Of a stretch of DNA of 64,000 nt, positions 24,441-34,257 are shown in pieces. Origin of the DNA: an uncultured delta proteobacterium (GTDB lineage Bacteria; Myxococcota; Myxococcia; Myxococcales; Myxococcaceae); the NCBI GenBank assembly GCA_963771175.1, contig CAVYSY010000048.1, forward strand, positions 1 to 64,000. The letters run 5' to 3'. Under the pieces are notes generated by a model, which saw only the letters and a list, made by a program, of their open reading frames with translations, did no database searches and had not been told where the DNA came from. Each line of letters starts with the position of its first letter. Position 1 is the first letter of the stretch. A program made the translations under genes and the position numbers.

Positions 24441-26119
24441 CCTCTCGCGAGCAGCCTCTCGATGTCCTTCAGAGCAGCCATCTCCGCCTCATCGAGAACC
24501 GAAATGGAGTGGGGAGCATGAAGCACATCGTACCAACGCCGGAAATGTCGATCGACGATCTCCGCCATCTTCTTCACCTCCGAGGCATCCACTTCGGAAC
24601 CACCGCGCTCCTTCCGAAACACCCCCCATAGCTTGTTGATCCGCTGATGGACCGGCCGAGCCAGCGCCGCGAGATTGTTACGCGCGTTGAGGTCTTCTCC
24701 CAGGAGGATGTGGGCGTACTCCAATGGCCGGCGGTGATGGATATCATACGCACCTCCGCGACCAATCATCATGGCCTCGGCAAGTTCTGGATGAAGCTGT
24801 CGGAAACTTTCGCGCGCCGATTTCCGGAGCTCGTCCTTTTCTCTAGTCGTCAATGGAGCATCGACGAGTTGCTCGAGCCGCTTTGCGAGCCCACTCAACT
24901 CGCGCTGTTCGCTCTTGGTGAGTGATTTGGCTTCCCGCAGGTCAACTCGTTCCCAGAGCTCTTTGAAGGCTTCACGTTCGGCCTTGGGAAGACGCTGAAG
25001 GAGGGTATTCAACCATCCCCGCGCCCTCGCACCACCCCGGTGAAGGATTCCCATCAGCTTGGGTGCAACCACCTTGAGGATGGCGCCTCCCCCGTGCACG
25101 GCCACGCCACCGATGACCCAGAAGGCCAGTTCCTCCGCGCCGATGCGCAGTGCCAGCCGGCCTGACTCCACCACCTCCTCGCGCCACTCGCGCAGGATGG
25201 TCTCGTGCAGGGCCCGGTACTCGGCGATGAGCTCCGCGTCCTCTCCGTGCAGCGGTGCCGGATGGAGCGTCTCCGCCTCCACCACCCGCCAGCTCGAAGT
25301 GGACTCACCCGGCCGGTGCATTCCCCGGAGCGAGAGCCGCACCTCCCGCGGCCCCACCCCGTGGGTGAAGGGCAACAGCGCCTGGATGAGCTCCCCCTGC
25401 AACCGCTCCCGAGCAGCAGGGCCGGCCTCCCGACCCGTCCCCTCGTATGCACCAGGCTCCCAGCCAGGAACCCCATCGTCGGCCAGCTTCACCGTCGCGG
25501 TGAAAGCGGCATCACGCCCGGTGGGTCCTCCCAGCAGGCGCACCATCTGCTCGGCGACGTGGGTGACGGCGGCATAGGTCTCCACGGAGACCCCTTCCCG
25601 CCTCACCGGTTGCGTCTTCGCCTCGGGTGGCCGGAGCACCTCCGAGGAGCCACGGAAGTCCACGCGCCAGTCCGTCCTCGTCCGGTGCAGGGTGAAGACG
25701 ACCTCCCCTGTCCTCTCACCCACGTAGGCCGTGAGGACACGCCGGAAGCTCTTCGCGAAGGTGGCCTCGCCCACCGGCTCCGCTCGCTCCTGCCCGCCCG
25801 AGGTTCGATGCGAGAGCAGGGTCAGTGCCCCACCCTGTGCCCAGAAACGCAGTTCCACCCGCGCGCCCACCTCGTCCACCCCACGGACAAGGCCCCACAC
25901 CTGCGCCAGCGCGCACTCGGCCTCCGCGCGCCGGGCCTCGGACAATTCCTGTCCCTCCTGGCGCGGCTCACGGAGGAACACCACCCCGGGCGTGCCCTCG
26001 GACACCCACCCCACGGGTGGCAGCAGCCCACCAGAGGCCATGACTCCCGTCGCGCACGCCTGCAGCAGCAGCGCGGCCAGACCCAGCAGCAGGCCCCGCA
26101 CGGCCCTCTCGCGACCCAT
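24437..26119 (-). CDS. SitA-like lipoprotein polymorphic toxin with C-terminal His-Me finger (HNH-like) nuclease
   Basis: Lipobox LLQAC; hydrophobic helix EELAFWVIGG; C-terminal YDIHHRRPLEY...LNARNNLAAL..PVHQRIN; coupled immunity gene downstream. Confidence 0.75.
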   Translation of the reverse strand: MGRERAVRGLLLGLAALLLQACATGVMASGGLLPPVGWVSEGTPGVVFLREPRQEGQELSEARRAEAECALAQVWGLVRGVDEVGARVELRFWAQGGALTLLSHRTSGGQERAEPVGEATFAKSFRRVLTAYVGERTGEVVFTLHRTRTDWRVDFRGSSEVLRPPEAKTQPVRREGVSVETYAAVTHVAEQMVRLLGGPTGRDAAFTATVKLADDGVPGWEPGAYEGTGREAGPAARERLQGELIQALLPFTHGVGPREVRLSLRGMHRPGESTSSWRVVEAETLHPAPLHGEDAELIAEYRALHETILREWREEVVESGRLALRIGAEELAFWVIGGVAVHGGGAILKVVAPKLMGILHRGGARARGWLNTLLQRLPKAEREAFKELWERVDLREAKSLTKSEQRELSGLAKRLEQLVDAPLTTREKDELRKSARESFRQLHPELAEAMMIGRGGAYDIHHRRPLEYAHILLGEDLNARNNLAALARPVHQRINKLWGVFRKERGGSEVDASEVKKMAEIVDRHFRRWYDVLHAPHSISVLDEAEMAALKDIERLLARG

Positions 26120-26285
26120 GGATTCTCTCCCCTCCCGGACCCCAGGCGTGGAGCCGTCCCCCAGCTTATGCCCGTCCGCCCTCCAGGCGGGGTAGCTCCA
26201 GGTTGGCGCGGGCCCGCTCCATCCCCACCGTCATGGACACACCCGGCGGCTCTCCGCCCGGGCGGAACCATCACGAGGGACGCGT

Positions 26286-26819
26286 ATGACCACGAAGTTC
26301 CCCAGCCACATCAATCTCCCACGCGAGGCCCGCGCGGAGCTCATCGAGCTGCTCAACACCTGTCTGGCCACCGCCATCGACCTGCACTGGCAGGTGAAGC
26401 AGGCCCACTGGAACATCCGCGGCCAGCAGTTCATCAGCCGGCATGAGCTCTTCGACGACGTCGCCGATCACGTCCGCGGGCACGCCGACAAGTTCGCCGA
26501 GCGCGCTGGAGCCCTCGGAGGCCAGGCGCAGGGCACCATCCGCCTCGCCGCCAAGAACAGCGAGCTGGAGGAGTACGACCTGAACGCGGTCAACGGTGAT
26601 GACCACATCCGCGCCCTCGTGGACCGCGTCTCCCGCTACGCCGCCTCCGTCCGCGAGGGCATCCAGCGCTGCGCGGACCTCAACGACCCGGTCACCGAGG
26701 ATCTGTTCACCCAGGTGCTCGGCGAGGTGGAGCAGGACCTCTGGTTCCTGGAGAGCCACCTGTACGGCTCCGCCGCCACGGGGCGTCAGGAGGAGCGCCC
26801 CCCCGCGCCCAACGCCTGA
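26286..26819 (+). CDS. dps: DNA protection during starvation protein (Dps)
   Basis: KQAHWNIRG.QFIS.HELFD, D.FAER..ALGG, D.VTEDLF, LWFLESH. Confidence 0.92.
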   Translation: MTTKFPSHINLPREARAELIELLNTCLATAIDLHWQVKQAHWNIRGQQFISRHELFDDVADHVRGHADKFAERAGALGGQAQGTIRLAAKNSELEEYDLNAVNGDDHIRALVDRVSRYAASVREGIQRCADLNDPVTEDLFTQVLGEVEQDLWFLESHLYGSAATGRQEERPPAPNA

Positions 26820-26911
26820 ACATCCCCCGGCCCGCTCGCCAGCGTGCGCGCGGGTCCCCCGGCGGATATAGAGGGCCCTCATTTGCAGGATTTTCAGGAG
26901 GGCCACCGCCG

Positions 26912-27772
26912 ATGACGCCGGGAACCATGGAAGGAAAGGTCTGTTTCATCACTGGAGCCACCTCGGGCATCGGGCTGGAATCGGCCCGAGCGCTCGCGCG
27001 TCAGGGGGCCACGGTGGTGCTGTCGGGACGTGACAAGGGTCGCGGCGAGGCCGCGCTCGCCGAGGTGCGCCGCACCGTCCCCGACGCGAAGCTGGACCTG
27101 ATGCTCGCGGATCTCACCTCGCTGGCCTCCGTGCGCCAGCTCGCGCAGGACTTTCAGCACAAGTACTCGAAGCTGGACGTGCTGCTCAACAACGCGGGCC
27201 TCATCCTCGACCGGCGCCAGCTGACGCCGGACGGCTTCGAGGCCACCTTCGGCACCAACCACCTCGCGCACTACCTGCTGACCCACCTGCTGCTGGACCT
27301 GCTGAAGTCCAGCGGCGCGGGGCGCGTGGTGAACGTCTCCTCCGAGGCCCACCGCGTGGGCTCGGTCGCCTTCCTCGACGATGTCCAGGCCGAGCGCGAC
27401 TACAGCACCATGAAGGTCTACGGCAACTCGAAGCTGGCCAACATCCTCTTCACCCGCGGCCTGAAGCGGCGGCTGGAGGGCACGAAGGTGACCACCAACT
27501 GCCTGCACCCGGGCGTGGTGCGCACCGGCTTCGGCCTCAACTCCGAGGGCATCTTCAAGCACCTGGTGAAGCTGGCCGCGCCCTTCATGCTGTCGGCCGA
27601 GGGCGGCGCCCGCACCTCGGTGTACCTGGCCTCCTCGCCCGAGGTGGAGGGCGTGAGCGGCAAGTACTTCATCAAGAGCAAGGTGGCCCGGGAGTCCAAG
27701 GCCGCGCAGGACGACGCCGCCACCGAGAAGCTCTGGCAGAAGAGCGCCGAGATGACGGGCGTGGGCAGTTGA
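26912..27772 (+). CDS. SDR oxidoreductase (retinol dehydrogenase-like)
   Basis: ITGATSGIG, LLNNAG, NVSS, YGNSK (YxxxK), HPGVVRT. Confidence 0.92.
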   Translation: MTPGTMEGKVCFITGATSGIGLESARALARQGATVVLSGRDKGRGEAALAEVRRTVPDAKLDLMLADLTSLASVRQLAQDFQHKYSKLDVLLNNAGLILDRRQLTPDGFEATFGTNHLAHYLLTHLLLDLLKSSGAGRVVNVSSEAHRVGSVAFLDDVQAERDYSTMKVYGNSKLANILFTRGLKRRLEGTKVTTNCLHPGVVRTGFGLNSEGIFKHLVKLAAPFMLSAEGGARTSVYLASSPEVEGVSGKYFIKSKVARESKAAQDDAATEKLWQKSAEMTGVGS

Positions 27773-27810
27773 TCGACTGAAGTTGCCGGAGCGCAAGTAG
27801 CCCCAACCCG

Positions 27811-27844
27811 AGGGGCGCGGATGTCCTCCGCGCCCCTGTTTGTT
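27811..27844 (+). terminator. Intrinsic terminator after the SDR gene
   Basis: AGGGGCGCGGA / TCCGCGCCCCT 11-bp stem followed by GTTTGTT. Confidence 0.7.
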
Positions 27845-27854
27845 CCCCCCTGTC

Positions 27855-29322
27855 ATGCCCACGCTCGAACAACTCCGTTTCGACAACAGCTACGCCCGCC
27901 TGCCCGCCAGCTTCGGCGTGCCGCTCGGGCCCACGCCCTTCCCGGACGCCCGGCTGGTCAGCGTGAGTCCGAGCGCCCTGCGCCTGCTGGACCTGGAGCC
28001 CTCGGAGGCCGAGCGCCCCGAGTTCGTCCAGGCCTTCGGCGGCACGCGGCCGCTGCCCGGCATGAAGCCGTTCGCCATGGTGTACGCGGGCCACCAGTTC
28101 GGCGTGTACGTGCCCCGGCTGGGGGACGGACGCGCGCTGCTGCTCGGCGAGGTGCTCAACGCCGCGGGCGAGCGGTGGGACGTGCAGCTCAAGGGCTCGG
28201 GACCCACGCCCTACTCGCGCATGGGGGACGGGCGCGCGGTGCTGCGCTCCACCATCCGCGAGTACCTCTGCAGCGAGGCCATGCACGGGCTGGACATCCC
28301 CACCACGCGAGCGCTGTGCATCCTCGGCAGCGAGGAACCGGTGTACCGAGAGGAGGTGGAGACGGGCGCCATGGTGGTGCGCCTGTCCCCCTCGCACGTG
28401 CGCTTCGGCACCTTCGAGTTCTTCCACTACTCCGGCCAGCACGAGCACGTGAAGGGACTCGCCGATTATGTGATTGAACGGCACTTCCCGCACCTCGCGG
28501 GCGCGCCGGACACGTACGCCCGCTTCTACGCCGAGGTGGTGGAGCGCACCGCGCGCCTCATCGCGCAATGGCAGGCGGTGGGCTTCGCACATGGAGTGAT
28601 GAACACGGACAACATGTCCATCCTCGGGCTCACCCTGGACTACGGGCCCTTCGGCTTCCTCGACGACTTCGACCCGGGCTTCATCTGCAACCACTCGGAT
28701 GACCGGGGCCGCTACGCCTTCGACCAGCAGCCGCGCATCGCGATGTGGAACCTCGCGTGCCTGGGCGAGGCGCTCCTCACCCTCCTCTCCGAGGACGAGG
28801 CCCGCTCGGCGCTCGGGACGTACCAGCCGACCTTCGCCACGCACTTCCTCGCGCGCATGCGCGAGAAGCTGGGCCTGCGTGAGACGCGCGAGGAGGACCG
28901 GGACCTCATCCAGGCGCTCTTCGCGCGCATGGCGGAGACCCACGTGGACTACACGCGCTTCTTCCGCGCGCTGGGCCGCTTCGACTCCTCGCCCGAGGCG
29001 CGCAACGACGCGCTGCGCGACCAGTTCCTCGACCGAGAGGACTTCGACACGTGGGCGGCGGACTACCGGCGGCGGCTCGCGGCCGAGGGCAGCCAGGACG
29101 CGGAGCGGCGGGCGCGGATGGGCTCGGGTGAATCCCAAGTACGTGCTGCGCAACTACCTCGCGCAGACGGCCATCGAGCGCGCCCAGGCGGGTGACTTCA
29201 GCGAGGTGGACCGGCTCCGCACGCTGCTGGAGGACCCCTTCTCCGAGCACCCCGAGCACGAGGCCTCCGCCGCGCCTCCACCTACGTGGGGTCGCCACCT
29301 CGTGGTGAGTTGCAGTTCCTGA
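27855..29322 (+). CDS. selO: Protein adenylyltransferase SelO/YdiU (frameshift near 29125)
   Basis: [56 protein letters not shown]-terminal VSCSS. Confidence 0.92.
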
Positions 29323-29470
29323 CCCGAAGCGAGCTCTCCCTGGGAGGGCTGGAATGAGGTGTAGGGTCGCTCGCCCCAGCAGCAGACGGCGGGCCTCGAA
29401 GGTTGCCGAGGTGAAACTCCCCGCCGGGCGCGCTTGTCCCCGGCGCACGGACTGGCCCAGCCTCGGCTCG

Positions 29471-30019
29471 ATGACCACGGACCTCACCCGAGTGCCCCTG
29501 CGAGGCAAGGACGACGCCTTCCATGTCGTCGTCGAATCGCCCCGGGGCTCCTCGGTGAAGCTCAAGTACGAGCCGAAGCTCGGGGCCTTCACCGTCTCCA
29601 AGCCCCTGGTGCACGGGCTGCGCTACCCCTTCGACTGGGGCTTCGTTCCCAGCACCCTGGCTCCGGACGGAGACCCGCTCGACGCGCTGGTGTACTGGGA
29701 CCAGTCCACCCATCCCGGCGTGGTGCTGCCCTGCCGCGCGCTCGGCGTGCTGAAGGTGGACCAGAAGAAGAAGCGAGGCGGCGGGCGGGAGCGCAATGAC
29801 CGGCTGCTCGTCGTCCCCACCATCGCGGCACGCGCGGAGAACCTGGGGGACATCAAGGACCTGTCCCGCCGGGAGCGCCAGGAATTGGAGCACTTCTTCA
29901 CCGCCGCCGTCGCCTTCGCGGACAAGGACGTGCACGTGCTCGGCTGGGAGGGGGCCGCGGCCGCCGAGCGCATGGTCGAGGAGGCCGCCGCCGAGTTCGA
30001 GAAGAAGGCCGGGCGTTAG
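29471..30019 (+). CDS. ppa: Family I inorganic pyrophosphatase
   Basis: VVESPRGS..KLKY, YPFDWGFVPST..PDGDPLD, NDRL, LEHFF. Confidence 0.88.
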   Translation: MTTDLTRVPLRGKDDAFHVVVESPRGSSVKLKYEPKLGAFTVSKPLVHGLRYPFDWGFVPSTLAPDGDPLDALVYWDQSTHPGVVLPCRALGVLKVDQKKKRGGGRERNDRLLVVPTIAARAENLGDIKDLSRRERQELEHFFTAAVAFADKDVHVLGWEGAAAAERMVEEAAAEFEKKAGR

Positions 30020-30028
30020 GAAGCAGTC

Positions 30029-30919
30029 ATGCCTCAGCCCACCCCCATCCGCGGGCTCGGCCCGGAGAGCCGGCTGGCCGAGGCCGCCCGCCGCATCCTC
30101 GCCAGCCGCCTCGCGGACGTGCGCCACGAGGAGGACGCGCTCGCCGAGCACCTCACCGAGGACGGCGTCCACGACATGCGGGTGTCCACCCGTCGCCTGC
30201 GCGCGGCGCTCAAGGTGTTCCGCGACCTGGGCGGACTGGCGCCGCTGGAGCGCGAGGTGAAGAAGCTCCAGGACGCGCTCGGCGAGGTGCGCGACACCCA
30301 CGTGCAGGGGGCCTGGTTGAAGCAGGCGGCCCGCCGGGAGAAGCCCTCGCAGCGGGCCGGGCTCGAGGCCCTGCGCGCGAGCGTGGAGGCCCAGCTCGGC
30401 GCGCGGGAGAAGCGGCTGCGGCGCGCGATGACCCGCTGGGCGGCTCGGACGGTGCCCGCGCTCCTGCGCGAGGCGAAGCGACTGGACGGCCCCGGCCGCT
30501 ACGGGGGCCAGCGCGTCAGGACCCAGCTCCGCCGCCGCCTGCGGAAGGTGGAGCGGCTCATGGAGGACTACTCGGCCGCACCGGACGCCGTCACGGCGCA
30601 CGAGCTGCGCAAGGAGGTGAAGAAGCTCCGCTATGAAGCCGAAGTCTTCCGCCCCGCCCTGCGCCGGAGGATGGAGGCGCTGCTGGAAGCGCTGGTGCCG
30701 CTCCAGGAGCTGCTGGGCGAGCTGCACGACTCGGATGTGCGGCTGGGACTGCTCGAGGGCTTCGCCGCGAAGGGCACCGCCACCGAGCGCACCGCCGCGC
30801 GCAAGCTGCTGGAAGTCGTGCGAGAGGAGCGTGCCGGCCGCGCCGCCCGGACAGCCCGGGAGCTGCAGCGCTGGCATGCCGAGAAACTGGCCCGCGGCCT
30901 GCGCCAGTTGTTGAAGTGA
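30029..30919 (+). CDS. CHAD domain protein (polyphosphate-binding)
   Basis: VHDMRVSTRRLRAAL, LGEVRD, AHELRKEVKKLRY, LQELLGELHD. Confidence 0.88.
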   Translation: MPQPTPIRGLGPESRLAEAARRILASRLADVRHEEDALAEHLTEDGVHDMRVSTRRLRAALKVFRDLGGLAPLEREVKKLQDALGEVRDTHVQGAWLKQAARREKPSQRAGLEALRASVEAQLGAREKRLRRAMTRWAARTVPALLREAKRLDGPGRYGGQRVRTQLRRRLRKVERLMEDYSAAPDAVTAHELRKEVKKLRYEAEVFRPALRRRMEALLEALVPLQELLGELHDSDVRLGLLEGFAAKGTATERTAARKLLEVVREERAGRAARTARELQRWHAEKLARGLRQLLK

Positions 30920-30962
30920 GGCGCGGGGCCGACCCGGCGCCGTGCTCCGTGTACCAGGCGAC

Positions 30963-31349
30963 CTACTCAAATCTCTCCGGAGGGGGCCGCGCTGGTCCCG
31001 TCACGTCCACCAGGATGGCCATGGGCTGACCCTGCACATCCCGGTACAGGGCGCGAATCTTGTCGCCCTCCCGGATGTCGCCCACCGTGGACATCTGCCC
31101 GTTCACCACCACGACGGTCTGCGGCTTCATGTGCAGCTGGACGTCGGGCGCGCCACGGACGGCGACGTGCACCCCCTCCGGGCTCGCCTGCTTCACGGCT
31201 CCCGAGAGCTCCCCCGGCGCGCTCTCCGCCGGGGCCTCCTCCGGTCCACCCTCGTCCTGGGGCTTCTCCTCCGTCTCCGCCGATGCCTGTGCCGCCCCCA
31301 TGAGCAACGCGGCCATTCCCGCCAGCAACCCGCTCGCGCCGATTCGCAT
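30963..31349 (-). CDS. Small secreted protein with a beta-rich OB-like domain
   Basis: Signal peptide MRIGASGLLAGMAALLMGAAQASA; VNGQ.ST..DIREGDKIRA.Y; SD GAGGGA. Confidence 0.6.
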   Translation of the reverse strand: MRIGASGLLAGMAALLMGAAQASAETEEKPQDEGGPEEAPAESAPGELSGAVKQASPEGVHVAVRGAPDVQLHMKPQTVVVVNGQMSTVGDIREGDKIRALYRDVQGQPMAILVDVTGPARPPPERFE

Positions 31350-31511
31350 CACATCCCTCGTCCTCTTCCGGGCAACTTCAAAGATGCACCCTGGGTACGG
31401 ACCGGCACCTCTGACGGGGACACTGGGAGGCCGAGTGCCTGGATGTCCTCCGGAGGGCCAGACACTCGGCGCTACCCATGGGAACCATTTGCGCGTAGAG
31501 GTGCGCCCCCC

Positions 31512-32763
31512 ATGCTCGCCTGCGGACTCGACTTCGGAACCAGCAACACCGCGATCGCGCTGCCGGACGGGACGGTGCTCCCCGTCGCCCCCGGCTACAC
31601 CGACCCCCGGCTCTACCGCTCCGTCATCTTCTTCCCCGAGGATGAGCGCGAGGTGTACACGGGCGTCCAGGCCATCAACCGCTACCTCGAGGACAACTCC
31701 GGCCGCTTCATCCAGTCGGTGAAGTCCTTCCTCCACAGCGCCTCGTTCCGCGCCACGCAGATCCGCGGCCGCACCTGGCTCATCGAGGACCTGGTCGCGC
31801 TGCTGCTGCGCCGGGTGCGCGAGGCCGCCGCTCCCCACGCCGGCGGAGCCCCCGAGAAGGTGGTGCTCGGCCGCCCCGCCGTCTTCACCCCCGAGCCCGA
31901 GGCCGACGCGCTCGCCGAGCAGCGCCTGCGCCGCGCCGCCGAAATCGCGGGCTTCACCCACATCCAGTTCCTCATCGAGCCCATCGCCGCCGCGCTCTCG
32001 TACGAGGCGCAGCTCACCCGCGACGAGCTGGTGCTGGTGGCCGACTTCGGCGCCGGCACCACGGACCTCACGCTGATGAGGCTGGGGCCCTCGCGGCGAG
32101 GCAACCCGGACCGGCGCGCGGACGTGGTGGGCTCCACGGGCGTGCGCATCGGCGGTGACCGCTTCGACGCCGAAATCATGCGCCACAAGCTGCTGCCCCG
32201 CTTCGGCGCCGGCTCCACCTACAAGGTGCGGGGCTTCAGCGACAAGCGGCTGCCCGTGCCCCAGCACGTGATGGCCAAGCTGCTCTCCTGGCACGAGATG
32301 TCCTTCATCCGCGAGAAGGCCACCCAGGAGCTGCTGGAGCTGATGCTGGAGTCGAGCGACAAGCCCGCCGAGGCCGAGGCCCTGTACGACCTCGTCATGG
32401 ACAACCTCGGCTACCGGCTCTTCCGCGCCATCGAGATGGCCAAGGTGCAGCTCTCCTCGCAGGAAGAGACCACCCTCGAGTTCGAGGAGGCCCGCATCCA
32501 CCTGCACGAGCGCATCACCCGCGCCGAGTTCGAGGCCGCCTCCGAGCCCCTCCTCGCTCCAGCTCCGCGAAGTCACCGAGGGGCTGCTGAAGCGCTGCGA
32601 GGGCGCCGGCGAGGTGGATGCCGTCTTCCTCACCGGTGGCTCCTCGCAGATTCCCGCCGTGCGCCGGCTCTATGCCGAGCGCTTCGGCGAGGGGCGCATG
32701 CGCACCAAGGACGCCTTCACCTCCGTGGCCGAGGGCCTCGGGCGGGCCGCGGCGTCCCTCTGA
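31512..32763 (+). CDS. Hsp70 family protein, YegD-like (frameshift near 32555)
   Basis: CGLDFGTSNT, EPIAAA, VADFGAGTTD, IGGDRFD, VFLTGGSSQIP; lacks a substrate-binding domain. Confidence 0.85.
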
Positions 32764-32769
32764 CGCGCC

Positions 32770-34152
32770 TCAGTGGCGCTGCATCCAGTCCAGGATGGGC
32801 GCCCACACCCGCGTCGGGGCATCGTCCGCCAGCCACAGGTCCGCGTGGCCGTAGTCGAACGCGCGGTCCGAGTCCGGCAGCCGCTGCACCACGTACCGGG
32901 TGACGTCCGTGCTCCCGAGCTGCGTGAGGGAGTGGAAGCCGTAACGGCCGACCCCACCCGCGGCGCCCACGTACAGCACCGGCACGCGCACCTCGCTCAG
33001 GTGGTCGTCATACGGGACGTCCGGCGCACCGCACCACATCGCGAACGTCTCCACCTGCTCGCCGATGCTCTGGAAGGGTGAGGACTGCTCCAGGCCCTCG
33101 AAGAAGAAGCGCTCGCGCGTCCACGACAGCGCGGTGGGGGCCCCCGCCGCGCTGACCTGGCCTCCGGCCCAGTGGTAGCCCGGAATGATGGGCGGTTTCT
33201 GCAGCAGCCAGGTGGCCGCGCCCGGGAGGAGCCCCGCCTGCCGGTTGGTGAGCCCCGAGAAGATGGGCGAGCCCGCGTCCGGCGAGCTGCTGGCGAGCGC
33301 ACCGAGGCCCTGGAGGAGCAGACCGACCTGACCGCCCTCGTACAGCCCATCGGCCTGGAGCTGCGCGAACAGCGCATGGCTCTGGCACGCCGCCTGGCGC
33401 TCCGCCACGTCCCCCGGCGCGAACGTGTAGGCCATGTCCACGGGGATGAACCCACTGACGTGGCGCTTCTCCGGCGGGAGCCGCGTCTCCGCGTTCAGGT
33501 ACGCGTAGGAGATGGAGGCCCCGCGGCTCCACCCCAGCAGCACCATCCGACCGACCTCGTTGGAGAAATACGCGCGCATCGCCCGTGCCAGCCCGAGCCC
33601 GATGCCCACGTCCCGGGCGTGCAGGCCCAGGTTCCAGTTCTTCATGAAGGAGAAGTCGGTTGTCCCCTGGGGAACATGCACCCAGCGCTGGTCGATGCCC
33701 CACACGTCCACGCCCCGCTTCGCCAGGAAGACGGCGAGGGAGTGCTCCCGCGACACCGCCGTGCTCGCGGCGCTCGCCAGGAACGCGCCCCGGAAGCCCC
33801 ACGCGTCCCCATGAACGAGGAACACGGACCTCGGCGTACGGACGGGCACTCCCGCCGACTCCTCGCGCACCACGCGGTGCAGGGTGATGAAGCCATGGTC
33901 CCCAGGTCCCACCCGGACGCGGAAGCTGTACTCGAAGATGTCCTCGAACACCTGACGGCGCTCGGGGGAGCCCAGCGAGCACGGCTCGTCGGAGAAATCC
34001 CCGGCACAGGGTTGCGCGAGGCCCGTCGGGCGCCCATGTTGCCGCGACTCCGCCGCGGCCCGGGTCTGCAGCCCGAACCCCAGGGCAAGTACCCAGACAT
34101 ACATCCACGCAGACATTCTGCCTGGAATCCGAACACCCCTGTCCTTCCGCAT
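32770..34152 (-). CDS. Secreted alpha/beta hydrolase
   Basis: VFLVHG, LAVFLA..GVDVWGID, LLGWSRG (GxSxG), DYGHADL. Confidence 0.75.
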   Translation of the reverse strand: MRKDRGVRIPGRMSAWMYVWVLALGFGLQTRAAAESRQHGRPTGLAQPCAGDFSDEPCSLGSPERRQVFEDIFEYSFRVRVGPGDHGFITLHRVVREESAGVPVRTPRSVFLVHGDAWGFRGAFLASAASTAVSREHSLAVFLAKRGVDVWGIDQRWVHVPQGTTDFSFMKNWNLGLHARDVGIGLGLARAMRAYFSNEVGRMVLLGWSRGASISYAYLNAETRLPPEKRHVSGFIPVDMAYTFAPGDVAERQAACQSHALFAQLQADGLYEGGQVGLLLQGLGALASSSPDAGSPIFSGLTNRQAGLLPGAATWLLQKPPIIPGYHWAGGQVSAAGAPTALSWTRERFFFEGLEQSSPFQSIGEQVETFAMWCGAPDVPYDDHLSEVRVPVLYVGAAGGVGRYGFHSLTQLGSTDVTRYVVQRLPDSDRAFDYGHADLWLADDAPTRVWAPILDWMQRH

Positions 34153-34257
34153 GGAACCCCCTCATCCGAATAACTGTTCATTCCAGTCATTCCTGACAAC
34201 TCCGTTCGCCTCATATTCATGCGAATCTGGAGTTGGAGAGGGGCGCGCGGAGACGTG

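Noticed and set aside
29280..29322. Selenocysteine in SelO
   Set aside because: The C-terminal motif is encoded as Cys (TGC) in VSCSS, and the TGA is the normal stop.
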